From a virus, in the IMG/VR virus record IMGVR_UViG_3300031555_003913, positions 1,126 through 65,125 of that record: DNA of 64,000 nucleotides; one strand, 5' to 3'. The translations under genes were made by a program, and so were the position numbers. Of this stretch, positions 40,201 through 49,980 are shown one piece after another. The notes under the pieces were generated by a model that was not told where the DNA came from, ran no database searches, and saw only the letters and a list, made by a program, of their open reading frames with translations. Each line of letters opens with the position of its first letter. Position 1 is the first letter of the stretch.

Positions 40201-42753
40201 AATTTAGCAGTCGCAACATTAAAAGAGTTAAGCGCAAAAGAAAAACTAACAGACGCAGAAAAAGAACAGTTAATAGCTGCTCAAAACACTGTCGATGAAT
40301 TAGATGCCGAAGGCGATGCGTTATCATATTTGGCTACTCAATTATTGGATGCAGCAACTCAGACTGCATTATTAGAATCTAAGCAAAATGGTATAGCCGA
40401 TTCTAATTTCGCATCTGTATTACAGAGTCATGCTGCAGCACTTTTAATTGTAGCAGAAGCTGCAGGTCTCTCTGTCGATAACATTAAGGCTTATCTTGAT
40501 GCAATAAGATATAAGGAATATTATGAAAGCCATATCGCTAAGGGTGACCGTGTTTCAGATGACGATATAAAACGATATGAAGATAAGTTATCAATCATTG
40601 ATAAAAATCAAGAAACGGTTGATAAACTACACGATCTTCTTTATGGTGGCGTAGAGACTGATACGACGCCTCAACGTACCAAAGACCAATCCGGAAAAAC
40701 TGCAGCGGAAGAAGCGTATGAAAAAGCTAAGAAAAAGCTCGACAAGCAGTTGGAACGTAATAAGATTACATACAATCAGTACTATGAATCTCTCGTTGAC
40801 TTAGGCAACAAGTACTACAAGGGCGACGCTGAAAACATAAATGAGCATTATGCTACATTGGCTGATGTTCGTCGTGACGCTTACGCCAAGTATCAAGGTG
40901 ACTTGGATAAGAACCTTGAAAAAGGTATTATTTCTCTTCAGGTTTACCATGATAAGTCTATGGCCCTTTCTAAGAAGTGGCTTGATGGCCGCAAGGCTAA
41001 CGAAGAGGATTACAAAGAAGCTGTAGAAGCTATATATGACCAGATCAACGATTATTGGGGCGACCGTATGTCCAAGATGGAAACCCAGATGGATCGTTGG
41101 AATTTGGATCAGACATGGGATCCTGATTTAACAAGGGTAAAAGTCTGGGAAAATGAACTGGCCGCACTGGATGCTGACTATAAAGCCGGCCTCTTTGATT
41201 CAGAAAGAGACTATTTTGATAAGCGTTATGAACTGCTCGAAAAGCTAAGCGATGCTCGTAAAGAATCTTATGAAGCTGAGCTTGATTTAATCGAAGAACA
41301 AAAGGACTCTATCCAGGAGCTCATTGACCTTACAAGCGAAATGCTCAAACAGCAGAAGGAAGATGAGATCGAAGCCCTGGAAGAACAGGCAAAACTGTAT
41401 TCTGACATAGTCTCCAAGAAAAAAGAAGCGCTTGACATTACTCGCCAGGAGGCTGACTATCGACGTGAGTTGGAAGAGCAAACTGCTGCACTGACTGAAC
41501 TTCAGGCAAAGGCCGCAGTATTGGCGCTCGATGACAGTCGTGCCGGCCGAGCTGCATATCAGGAAGTTCTGAAGCAGATTAAGGAACAGCAGCAGACAAT
41601 TGCTGACACCCAAGCTGATCATACATACGAAGGCAGTATTACCGCCCTTGATGAAGCTGAAGCAGCTTATCAGGAATCCGTCGATAAGAAAATCCAGGCA
41701 ATCCAAGATTTGTTAGACCACGCCGGCGAATGGCTTGAATATGTGTACTCTTATATCAAGACCACCAATCCATCTAAGTTGTTCGCTGAACTGCGGGACT
41801 ATAATTATCAGTATGGCTCTGGCATAAATGATACTGTTGACGAAATTCAGAAATCGTCTGCTCAGTTGCTGAGTTCCTTTAATAGCAGTATTCCAGATAT
41901 CCTTGCTGCCTTAAAACAACAGAAAGAATCTGCTGAAGCAGCTATTGAAGCGGCCGGCAATGAAGAGGACTCTACTCCATCCGGAAACTATAAAAGCCAG
42001 ATTAGTTCTGCTCTAAATAAGAAGATACAGGCAAGCACAACTGAGAACAACAAACATTCTACCAACCGTGGATTGGTGACTGATATCAAAAAAGAGACAG
42101 GTCTTGATTCATGGTATGATGAAAAGAATAAAGTTATCTATATGGGTTCCGAAGGCGACCGCAGGGTGACTGCCGGTGCTTATAACCTAATTGAACAGCT
42201 TCGTGAATTAAACAATTCAGGTGGAACGCGCAAAGAAAAAGAAGTCGCCATGGAAGAGATCATGACAAAGCTTAAGCGTAAATGGTCTTATACAGGCGCT
42301 TATCTTGAATGGAAAGGCAATACGGCGAAACTCTATAAGAGCAAGGATTTACAGGTCTTCCATACTGGTGTACAGCAAGGTATTGTTGGCGGCAACCAGT
42401 CTGGCAACAGACATCAGCGCGAACTACTTGCTATGCTTCAGGCTGGCGAAATTGTTCTGAACCGACAGGACCAAAATGTACTGCTTGCAAATCTGCAGAC
42501 GCTTGAAACTATGGCAACTACATTAAAGAAGCTTCAGCTGGATACTATGCCGGTTGGCAATGTAGGGGCAACAGAGGTCAACGTAACTGTTCAGGCACCG
42601 ATTACTATTACTGGTTCTGCTGATGCGGATACATTGAAGGAACTCGAAAAGTTTAAGAAGAATATTTCTAAGGATGTTCTTGGCGAGGTTACTGACGCAA
42701 TGAAGAAACGTGGATATAGCAGCAACACTGCTGCAAATGCACGTAAGAAGTAA
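31236..42753 (+). CDS. Tape measure protein, spliced from exons 31236-33649, 35483-35831, 38395-42753 (2373 aa)
   Basis: TP901-type core LDTAMTELKKVT...VGTALKSLSMRLR; junctions DVSRA|NVGELLFGKRQ and NNVG|TFNS; coiled coils; FHTG...AMLQAGEIVLN near the C-terminus. Confidence 0.88.
34027..34200 (+). CDS. Small intron-encoded protein (57 aa)
   Basis: MDKKFDKEYSTQFVDEMKFLQEHGINYTFVKTINGITTYKYEKTPQLF...; manually translated. Confidence 0.6.
   Translation: MDKKFDKEYSTQFVDEMKFLQEHGINYTFVKTINGITTYKYEKTPQLFYWLRIFYCR
34231..35427 (+). CDS. Intron-encoded endonuclease: Zn-finger repeats plus C-terminal Vsr-like PD-(D/E)xK domain
   Basis: Four CxxH/C...CxxC units; LPFDFYLEDYNIAIEFDGILHY...IKLIRVPYW. 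Confidence 0.82.
   Translation: MKYSYEEIKSMFDERGYELVTTKEELDGMAVTDKIKYICPKHRDCGILSITYHHLKRNRGCKYCGREKAAEKRTKPLDEFRAKAKDCLESKGLEFVNVFRSKDTNGRAVIMVEFICPKHRKYGIQTTKYGNLMFRETNGCKYCIGKDIPKEEIFKQIQDILPHIEIISEFNGVSKPIKYRCNIHNYEGWSTCQNLLAGRACYYCGLEKLRKHNTLSQDEFVERVCKINKDIGIIGEYRGFDYPVKVHCNRCGNTWDAPVYSLYRREHGCPVCNMYTGEGVIYELLTQWGYNFDTQHRFKDCVDKKPLPFDFYLEDYNIAIEFDGILHYIPKILKRGMTQETADYSHKKTLEHDFIKESYCADNGIKLIRVPYWEYDEGNVPYYLFDHLVEYGAMELIT
36317..36427 (+). CDS. 36-aa single-TM peptide (type I toxin-like)
   Basis: MKKNFYEKYWWIPHVASSVALVVSLLTLIVRLLLIL; AAAGGA RBS. Confidence 0.5.
   Translation: MKKNFYEKYWWIPHVASSVALVVSLLTLIVRLLLIL
36508..36535 (+). promoter_or_regulatory. Sigma-A type promoter inside the intron
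   Basis: TTGCAT-16 nt-TATACT, upstream of the small ORF and GNAT gene. Confidence 0.55.
36582..36743 (+). CDS. Putative antitoxin (53 aa)
   Basis: MTFKPTNVAFIIAPEKAEDFLKSK...; GAAGGGGGG RBS; overlaps the GNAT start by 8 nt. Confidence 0.6.
   Translation: MTFKPTNVAFIIAPEKAEDFLKSKDASAKKAMERFYAHQPKKGIKTPYKGSNE
36736..37317 (+). CDS. GNAT acetyltransferase, TacT/AtaT-like toxin candidate
   Basis: FSCGN..MD..L, LPAIKI..FAVDKRYQ, A..FYERNGF motifs. Confidence 0.75.
   Translation: MNRYRFGEEIEYKYNLLEADDFNNLQLFSCGNTQMDYHLHNEVIVEGKLRSEDGLYYKFYDEKTNEILAVVSLATSGILRQIGTYSHILPAIKIDIFAVDKRYQKMHFNEESQSSYIPDEHYYFSDEVIGNIIRRCMEISENFALAQFVVAYADVKAYRFYERNGFGNFENFMIEEHNMEVSKNIPMYLNLFE
37321..37353. terminator. 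Bidirectional terminator within the intron
   Basis: AAAAGACCAAGCTA-A-TAGCCTGGTCTTATTTT. Confidence 0.65.
37352..37444 (-). pseudogene. C-terminal relic paralogous to 37833..38327
   Basis: TGFLDVAAVAGVAGMNKMVNACDNCGYTWK* versus TGFVDVAAAAGGVGSNKMINCCNDCGHTWK*. Confidence 0.8.
37474..37599 (+). CDS. Small protein (41 aa)
   Basis: AAAGGAG RBS; MTYELVLQNMSDYESYLIKL... Confidence 0.45.
   Translation: MTYELVLQNMSDYESYLIKLVESDALLLDKVFVFPFKFVLR
37600..37821 (-). CDS. Zn-ribbon protein (73 aa)
   Basis: CPKC...CKYCG; AGGAG RBS. Confidence 0.7.
   Translation of the reverse strand: MEKYLKAFCDDNPKFELECPKCRRSETFKSKDVFKASKFLYKCKYCGEDISVDTSKFAREFKKALNKVGIYVD
37833..38327 (-). CDS. Double Zn-ribbon protein with Gly/Ala hydrophobic segment
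   Basis: CKEC/CPECG, CPKCGS...CNDCG; GAGGAGGG RBS. Confidence 0.8.
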   Translation of the reverse strand: MSYSYELEDVFICKECSTATWFDCCADLICPECGGEMIYTGSDDDEWSYRFYDVYHRDPQNGFELFEFVTKEFLKDTDYDLEKHQKVYNSMIEEAEQITREYNSKPHCPKCGSTNLGKTKRGFKWGRAIATAAVTGFVDVAAAAGGVGSNKMINCCNDCGHTWK

Positions 42754-42846
42754 ATTAAATATAATTTCAAGGCCATTTAGGGCCGCATATAAGGGCCCCC
42801 TTCTCCCTTGGGGACCCTATTTTATTTGAAAGGAGGCTTGACGCCG

Positions 42847-43725
42847 ATGATTTCAAAACCATGTTCTTTTACATTTAACGATGTATCTTCTGAAGATTTT
42901 GGCGATGGCCTCGTAATCTATTATCTTGGTGATCCTGGTGGATCTTATACAGAGCCACTGTATACTGTTGATCTATTTGAAACACGATTAACAACACGCC
43001 ATGACAGTATTTATCATGGGCTAACCGACAACAATAATACTCTGACTAGGGAGTTGGTGTTTGGTTCAACTGATGGTTATCTTGATAAGGAAACTATCGA
43101 TGCTGTAGCTCAGTGGTTATCATCTGTTAATGGATATTCAAGACTTGTAATTGATAATGATGAGTTGGGCGACTATTTCTTTTGGGCATTATTTCAAACA
43201 ATTGAATTAGTAAGTAATGGCGATGCGTACGCCTTTAGATGCGATGTTTGTTTCTCAGATCAATTCGCACATGAAGAGCCATATGAAACAACATTTAATA
43301 TTGCAGATGATTTAATTCAGACTGCAACTGGCGAACCAAGAGAACAGACCGTTCTAAATAACGACAGTTCTTTGTATGACTATCATTATCCACTTGTAAC
43401 TTTACATATACCTCTTACGTGCGATGAGTTTAGTATTGTTAATATGACAGATAAAAATGGCACCAGACCGTTCTTGTTTAAAAATATTACAAGTTTAAGT
43501 GTTAATGATGATAGCAATACTTTAATTGTTGAAATTGATAATCTTAATAAAATTATCAAAAGTCCTAATTGTGATAATATCAAGGCTTTATATAGATGCT
43601 TTGGAAATATAGATGAACATTATCATTACTTTTTCCGTTTGTTGCCAGGCGATAACACCCTAATATTTACTGGCACAGGCATGGTTAAGATACAAATGAA
43701 GCCAGTTAGAAAGGTGGGCTTTTAA
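42847..43725 (+). CDS. Distal tail protein (Dit-like)
   Basis: FTFNDVSSEDFG...FFRLLPGDNTL; directly after the tape measure. Confidence 0.7.
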   Translation: MISKPCSFTFNDVSSEDFGDGLVIYYLGDPGGSYTEPLYTVDLFETRLTTRHDSIYHGLTDNNNTLTRELVFGSTDGYLDKETIDAVAQWLSSVNGYSRLVIDNDELGDYFFWALFQTIELVSNGDAYAFRCDVCFSDQFAHEEPYETTFNIADDLIQTATGEPREQTVLNNDSSLYDYHYPLVTLHIPLTCDEFSIVNMTDKNGTRPFLFKNITSLSVNDDSNTLIVEIDNLNKIIKSPNCDNIKALYRCFGNIDEHYHYFFRLLPGDNTLIFTGTGMVKIQMKPVRKVGF

Positions 43726-46700
43726 TGATTGTGAATTTACAGAATCTAATGCCTGATGGCTTTGGGAAATATGAGCAACCTACCCTTCTTTTGACTACTT
43801 TGAGTGACGATCCAATATGTTATATTAGCAATCCGCTCTCATTTACAGCTAAGTTTGAATATAGTGATGTGAGCGAAATTAATTTCTCTGTTGCTGATAA
43901 AAACTATGTCGATGGTGAATGGCTCGAGGATTCATCATATGACGAGCTAATCGGTATGAGAAAAATAATTATGGAGCCATATGGCGCGTTCCTGGTTAAT
44001 AATCCCACCATTAGCGAAGATGACGGGCATGACGGGCGTCATATTAAAGAGGTGTCTTGTCAAAGTTATGAGATTACTCTAGCACATCGCATGATGCCGC
44101 CGCTCGAAGGCACATTTCTTTTCAATGACCCGACCGGTCAAAGTAAAGATACAATAACAGCGATTATACTTGAGAATGCTCCTGGGTGGACTTTTGCTCC
44201 AATACCAAGTAGTATTTCTAAGAAGTACAGGACTTTTTCTACTGCAGCTCAATCTGTGTATGCTTTTATGAGTGGCGAAGGTGCTACGAGTTATGGCTGC
44301 CTTTTTACATATGATACCATTAACAAAATCATTTATACGAAAGATATTACAGACGAAGTTCCTGTGGCGCCAATTCATTTAGACAGATTTAATCTTATTA
44401 AAAGTCAAGACATTGAACAGTTAAGCGACGAAATAGTTACATGTCTCAGCGTATATGGTGCCGATGATGTTTCCATCAGAGAAGTGTCCCCTCTTGCTAG
44501 TCCTAAGATCTATAATTTAGATTATTTTATAGAGCTTGGCGACATAGACGAGGATACAGCAAAAGCATGGAATACATGGAAAGAAAAGTTTAATATATAT
44601 CAAAAATTGTTTAGTGATTTGTATGCACAATATTATACAAATCAGCTAGTAGCAAACAACGAAGAAGCAATTCTGGTCGATCTTGAAGGCGAATTATCAG
44701 CTATGGAAGCTGTTCTTGAAACTTATCTGACTGATACGACAGGAGATCATACGGAAGATCGAATTGAGTTAGAGTCGAATATGAGTTTTAAGCAAGCTGA
44801 AATAGATGTTCAGCAAAATAAAGTTGATGCAGCAAATGAAAAAATCGAATCAGACCTTTCAATGATGGCTGATATCACAAAGAAGTGTTCTTTTGAAAAT
44901 AATTTTACAGAGGAACAATTATCCGTAATTCAGATGTATATTAAAGAGGATTCGTTGCAAGAGTCTTCTTTTCAAGTAAGCACTGTAGCTGACACTCCTA
45001 ATTCTGTACAGGTAATTTCATCTAATGATAGATTTTCTATTACAATAGAATCCGGTGATTTATATCGTACTGATGATTATGCAGAAATGACTGAAGATGA
45101 ATGGGATAAGCTTGATTTAAGTGTATCAGAAAAAGAAGAATTACAGAATACAATTGATGCTTTAGATAACACTTATCTTGGACATCAGTTCTTTAAAATT
45201 AATTCAGGGATATGTAATATCTTTAATGAATCGACTACATTTGAATTGTATGGCCCGCTCGTAGATTCTACTGTGTCGTTCTCGGATACCGTAAATGATG
45301 ATGGAAGCCGAGATTGTATTGTAACATTTGGGTTTAATCAACCAACATGGAATGGTGACGAGGTTAGTTATTCCACTGCCCTCTTCGTTGCATCTGGACA
45401 GTTGATAAATTTCTCTTACGATGCAGATATCGATTCTGACAATACAGATACGATGAATTTTGAATTAATTGGCGGAATTATGACTTTAACATGTGATTCA
45501 TCTATAGATATGCGTCAACATGTGTTGCAGGATTTATATGAGTTTGGTGTTACAGCGTTAAATGAATTAGCGTATCCTGCATATGAATTTGCTGTGTCGC
45601 CAGCAAACTTATTTACCGCTTCGGATTTCGAATGGTTTAGACAGAACATTAAAATGGGTGAAAAGGTTTACATAGGTATCGGTGATGATGATTATTACCT
45701 CTCCCCTATTCTTACTGGTGTTGAAGTAGACTTTTATGATCCCACAGCTTTAGAGTTATTGTTTAGCAATAGATTTCAACATAAATCAGAAGCTTTTAGC
45801 CTTGCTGACTTAATTGGTAAAACCGCGCATACTGCAGCATCTCTGGACGCAAGTAAATTTAATTATAATGCATTTATTGAATCGAATGTTCAGAATGATG
45901 TTACAAACTTAATTGAAAATGCTCTTGATCTTTCTGTTAAGTCTATTATCAACTCTGTTAATCAGAATATCGTAATCAATGGTCAAGGCATACATTTACA
46001 GAAGTATGACCCAGCTACAAACACATTTGACCCTGGACAACTATGGCTTACTAATAATCAGATAGTATTTACAAATGATGCTTGGCAAACTGCTGATCTT
46101 GCTATTGGCAGGTTGGAAACTCCTGATGGTGCTTCTACGATGGGGATTGTTGGTCAGTCTATTATTGGTGAAATTTTCATTGGTAATAAACTGTTAATTG
46201 AGGCTACTAATCCCGATGCCAATTTTGGTGGTGACAATATTACACATTTCCGCGTTGATGCTGGCGGTGTAAAGCTGGCAAATGGAGCAATTTATATTCA
46301 AGGGCCAGCAGAAGAGCACAATCAAATTATTATCGACCCTCAATATGGTATCATGGCCGGAAATAATACATTGTTTAAGATGGGTGATTCTGATTTTGAA
46401 TTAGATATCTTAGATGAAAATGGTGATATGATCCGAGATGCTGAATTATACGATAAGTTCGGATTAACTATTCCACCAGGAGCAAAGTTCTATTTTGACG
46501 TCAATACTGGCAACCTTGCGTTCCGTGGTGATGTGTATGCTGAAAATGGTTATTTTAATGGTGATGTGGTAGCACAAAATCTAACTATTTCTGATACTGC
46601 TACAGTCACAGGACTTGTAGTTGGAAACAATGTAACTATGGGTCCAAATGCAACCATCAGCTGGGATAATGTAACTGGTACTGGAACTGTAATTACGCAA

Positions 46701-47537
46701 AGTGATATTAAAACTATATCTATCAGTGCCGATCAAATTACTACTGGCACACTTGATGCAAATACGGTAGTAATTAGCGGCTGGATCTGGGATGATGTTG
46801 AAGGTAGTGCACCACAAAGAATACTGGGAGTTAATATAAATGATAATTTACAGATAGGAACTGTAAGCAATGCAAATTATAAGGACATTAATATTTATGC
46901 CGTAGAAAACATCAATCTTGTTCCATCTGGCGGAGACGATAAAAATGATTATATTTTACGTGCTTCGAGTAGTGGTGTCGATGTGAGTGGCAACTTATCC
47001 GTAGATGGAGATTTAGTTGCTACACTTAATGATTTAGGAGATTATATTTCGTCTGGCGATGACGCATATTTTACATCATTACAAGTGTCGAGCTTGGCTG
47101 ATTCAACAACCACAAGTTCATATCGTATTATGCACACTGGAAGCTCAGGGAAAGTATACGCCAGTGATATTACATATAGCGACTTATCATCTGCTCTCTC
47201 TGGTTCAACTAGAAGAATAAAACACGATATCGCTCCTATCTCAGACGAATCACTTGCTCCAGAAAAATTATATGCTATTGATGTTGTTCAATTTAAATAT
47301 AATAATGATGTTATCGAAGAAGATGATGAAAGATACGATATATTACTACCAGGGTTTATTGCAGAAGATTTGTATGAAATATATCCACGGGCAGTTCATC
47401 TGGATTTGGATGGTAAAATAAAAAGTTGGAATCCTATTTTTATAATTCCTCCTATGCTGAAACTCATTCAAGATCAAAAAAAAGAAATAAATCAATTACG
47501 TGCAGATTTAGATGCGCTTTTAGAGACAAGGAGTTAA
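43725..47537 (+). CDS. Tail tip/spike protein with C-terminal intramolecular chaperone (S74-like)
   Basis: STRRIKHDI...PGFIAEDL...LIQDQKKEINQL. Confidence 0.75.
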   Translation: MIVNLQNLMPDGFGKYEQPTLLLTTLSDDPICYISNPLSFTAKFEYSDVSEINFSVADKNYVDGEWLEDSSYDELIGMRKIIMEPYGAFLVNNPTISEDDGHDGRHIKEVSCQSYEITLAHRMMPPLEGTFLFNDPTGQSKDTITAIILENAPGWTFAPIPSSISKKYRTFSTAAQSVYAFMSGEGATSYGCLFTYDTINKIIYTKDITDEVPVAPIHLDRFNLIKSQDIEQLSDEIVTCLSVYGADDVSIREVSPLASPKIYNLDYFIELGDIDEDTAKAWNTWKEKFNIYQKLFSDLYAQYYTNQLVANNEEAILVDLEGELSAMEAVLETYLTDTTGDHTEDRIELESNMSFKQAEIDVQQNKVDAANEKIESDLSMMADITKKCSFENNFTEEQLSVIQMYIKEDSLQESSFQVSTVADTPNSVQVISSNDRFSITIESGDLYRTDDYAEMTEDEWDKLDLSVSEKEELQNTIDALDNTYLGHQFFKINSGICNIFNESTTFELYGPLVDSTVSFSDTVNDDGSRDCIVTFGFNQPTWNGDEVSYSTALFVASGQLINFSYDADIDSDNTDTMNFELIGGIMTLTCDSSIDMRQHVLQDLYEFGVTALNELAYPAYEFAVSPANLFTASDFEWFRQNIKMGEKVYIGIGDDDYYLSPILTGVEVDFYDPTALELLFSNRFQHKSEAFSLADLIGKTAHTAASLDASKFNYNAFIESNVQNDVTNLIENALDLSVKSIINSVNQNIVINGQGIHLQKYDPATNTFDPGQLWLTNNQIVFTNDAWQTADLAIGRLETPDGASTMGIVGQSIIGEIFIGNKLLIEATNPDANFGGDNITHFRVDAGGVKLANGAIYIQGPAEEHNQIIIDPQYGIMAGNNTLFKMGDSDFELDILDENGDMIRDAELYDKFGLTIPPGAKFYFDVNTGNLAFRGDVYAENGYFNGDVVAQNLTISDTATVTGLVVGNNVTMGPNATISWDNVTGTGTVITQSDIKTISISADQITTGTLDANTVVISGWIWDDVEGSAPQRILGVNINDNLQIGTVSNANYKDINIYAVENINLVPSGGDDKNDYILRASSSGVDVSGNLSVDGDLVATLNDLGDYISSGDDAYFTSLQVSSLADSTTTSSYRIMHTGSSGKVYASDITYSDLSSALSGSTRRIKHDIAPISDESLAPEKLYAIDVVQFKYNNDVIEEDDERYDILLPGFIAEDLYEIYPRAVHLDLDGKIKSWNPIFIIPPMLKLIQDQKKEINQLRADLDALLETRS

Positions 47538-47540
47538 TTA

Positions 47541-47702
47541 ATGAATTTGGATAAATTAATTACAATTTATAATACAATGAGACAGATATCCGTTAACGGT
47601 GATAACGTTAAGTTGATGAATACCTGTCTGGTCAATTTTGAAGAATTTTTCAAAGAAATACAGATAGCTCAAGCGGCAGCTGCTGCAGAAAAATCTGAGT
47701 AA
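47541..47702 (+). CDS. Small hypothetical protein
   Basis: AAGGAG RBS; 53 aa. Confidence 0.55.
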   Translation: MNLDKLITIYNTMRQISVNGDNVKLMNTCLVNFEEFFKEIQIAQAAAAAEKSE

Positions 47703-47756
47703 TAATAATACTTAGAAGCTTAAAGCTTCTTTTTTTTATTTTTTGGAGGTGGCTAA

Positions 47757-48050
47757 ATGCGAAGAGGTACAACTCCTACACTAAAGTTAATTACAGAGTG
47801 GGATTGGAGTGGATATGAACTCTGGGTCACCATTGAACAGAAAGACTATGAGGCTACTTTCAAAGATGATAGATTAAAATTATCTGAAAGCGGCACTGAT
47901 GTCTACTTGGAATTGACCCAAAACGAAACATTGGCATTTAAAAAAGGAAGTGCCAAGGTTCAGATAAAAGGAAAAAAAGACGGTATTGTAGATGGTACTG
48001 ATATAACAAACATTAAGATATACGATATTCTCAACGAAGAGGTGATGTAG
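47757..48050 (+). CDS. Small tail-associated protein (MRRGTTP...)
   Basis: GGAGGT RBS. Confidence 0.65.
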   Translation: MRRGTTPTLKLITEWDWSGYELWVTIEQKDYEATFKDDRLKLSESGTDVYLELTQNETLAFKKGSAKVQIKGKKDGIVDGTDITNIKIYDILNEEVM

Positions 48051-49172
48051 ATGGCAGAGAAAATCATAGGATTGTCTGTCATTGCAGACGAAGAAATATA
48101 TCTGAAAAAGGATTTAGCGATCAAAGGTGATAAGGGTGACATTTTTGTGCCATCTGTGGACGACAATCCAGAGTCAGATACATACGGGATACTTTCTTGG
48201 GAACTTATGGATAACCCACCAGAAGAGGGGATCCCGTCATCCAATATACTTGGCCCAGATGGAAAAGTGTGGCTCCCAAATGTAGATGAGAATGGTAATA
48301 TCTCATGGATTCTTGAAGCATCACCTAGCAAACCTGAACCTGCTAACATAAGAGGACCTCAAGGGTTTTCAGGCACAATGGTTATCGGTAATGTTATTAC
48401 TGGCGAGCCAGAATCGGATGTCTCTATCATTAATTCTGGCACTCCAGAGAATGCAATATTAGATATTTCTATACCACAAGGTGTGCAGGGTGAACGTGGT
48501 TTTAGGGGTTATACATACACACCGTCCATGGATTCCACGGGTATTCTTTCGTGGAGTAATGATGGAAACCTAAAAAATCCGGAAAGTGTTGATTTAACTG
48601 GCCCACAAGGTCTATCAGGTACAATAACCATTGGTGATGTAACAACTGGTAATCCTGGCACGAATGTAATTATTACAAATACCGGTACGGCAGAAAATGC
48701 GATTCTAAATATTACTATTCCGCGTGGGAACGTCGGTGCAAAAGGCGAAAAAGGTGAAGGCATTCATATATTAGGAAGCTACCAAACTGTTGACGGGCTT
48801 GTGGCTGCTCACCCTACTGGGATACCTGGTGACAGCTACATGGTTGACACTGAGATGTACACCTGGGATGAAATAACATCTACTTGGGTTTCTGCTGGAC
48901 AAGTACAGGGTGCCCAAGGTTATACATTCATTCCGTCTGTAAGTGAAGATGGGATTATCAGTTGGACAAATGATGGCAATTTAGATAATCCAGCCTCTAT
49001 AGATATTACTGGTCCAAAAGGCCCTCCTCTCACTTATTCGGACATGAGTGAAGAAGAAAAGATAGAACTTAAGAATGCTGTAGTGGCGGATATGGGTGGA
49101 TCTTTGACAAATTATGCAACCATCGAATATGTGAATGAGCTTATGATGGTTGATGAATCAATAGAAATCTAA
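48051..49172 (+). CDS. Collagen-like repeat tail fibre protein
   Basis: GPQG/GEKG triplets; repeated PSV..dG..SW.N units. Confidence 0.7.
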   Translation: MAEKIIGLSVIADEEIYLKKDLAIKGDKGDIFVPSVDDNPESDTYGILSWELMDNPPEEGIPSSNILGPDGKVWLPNVDENGNISWILEASPSKPEPANIRGPQGFSGTMVIGNVITGEPESDVSIINSGTPENAILDISIPQGVQGERGFRGYTYTPSMDSTGILSWSNDGNLKNPESVDLTGPQGLSGTITIGDVTTGNPGTNVIITNTGTAENAILNITIPRGNVGAKGEKGEGIHILGSYQTVDGLVAAHPTGIPGDSYMVDTEMYTWDEITSTWVSAGQVQGAQGYTFIPSVSEDGIISWTNDGNLDNPASIDITGPKGPPLTYSDMSEEEKIELKNAVVADMGGSLTNYATIEYVNELMMVDESIEI

Positions 49173-49191
49173 CCGGAAGTGAGGTGAACTA

Positions 49192-49926
49192 ATGTATACG
49201 ATTTTAGTTAATGATGATAATACGTTAATGACAAGTGTAAAAGAACGTATTATGCAAAGAAGTAAACTAGTAGACGATTTATGTTTTTTAGTAAACCCCT
49301 TTTATAAGGGATATGATATGTCCCAGTTTACTGCTGTATTGGAGTATTTAACTCCGGTTGGTAAGAAATATAGGTCTGAGATTCTAACATTATCCGACAA
49401 TCCTTATAAGACACATTTGATGTATACTCTCCCATTTGACACAAAGTTAACTGCTGAGGCTGGCAAGGTCGAAATTCAGTTAACTTTTTCTTTTGTAGAC
49501 TTAAACGAAACTGGTAAGAGCATACAGCGCGTCAGAAAGACGTCTAAGACTTATATTGAAATTTTCCCTATTACAGCATGGAGCGATATTGTGCCAGATG
49601 ATGCTTTAACACCATTAGACCAGAGAATTCTAAAACTTGACGCTCAACAAAGGGCTATGGAAGAGACTATAAACTCATACTATGCATATAAGGCTGATGA
49701 TATAAAGTATGATAAAAGTGCCAATACATTACAGCTGTTATCTGGCGATGAGACGATTGGACAGAAAGTCACTCTAAATGGAAATGGCGGCACAGGTGGC
49801 GGTAATGGCATTACAGAGGAAGGTGTTCCGGTAGTAGATTTTAGTGAATTGTTTAGTGATGAAATTACACCAGAAGAACCAGACATTCCATCTGATAATA
49901 ATGATAAAGATGTTGTTGAATTTTAA
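49192..49926 (+). CDS. BppU-like baseplate protein
   Basis: LTAEAGKVEIQLTF; synteny. Confidence 0.55.
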   Translation: MYTILVNDDNTLMTSVKERIMQRSKLVDDLCFLVNPFYKGYDMSQFTAVLEYLTPVGKKYRSEILTLSDNPYKTHLMYTLPFDTKLTAEAGKVEIQLTFSFVDLNETGKSIQRVRKTSKTYIEIFPITAWSDIVPDDALTPLDQRILKLDAQQRAMEETINSYYAYKADDIKYDKSANTLQLLSGDETIGQKVTLNGNGGTGGGNGITEEGVPVVDFSELFSDEITPEEPDIPSDNNDKDVVEF

Positions 49927-49927
49927 T

Positions 49928-49953
49928 GTGGGGTTAATATAACCCCACTTTTT
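49928..49953 (+). terminator. Intrinsic terminator
   Basis: GTGGGGTTA/TAACCCCAC then T-run. Confidence 0.65.
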
Positions 49954-49980
49954 ATTTATCTGCAAGGAGGACAAATAAAT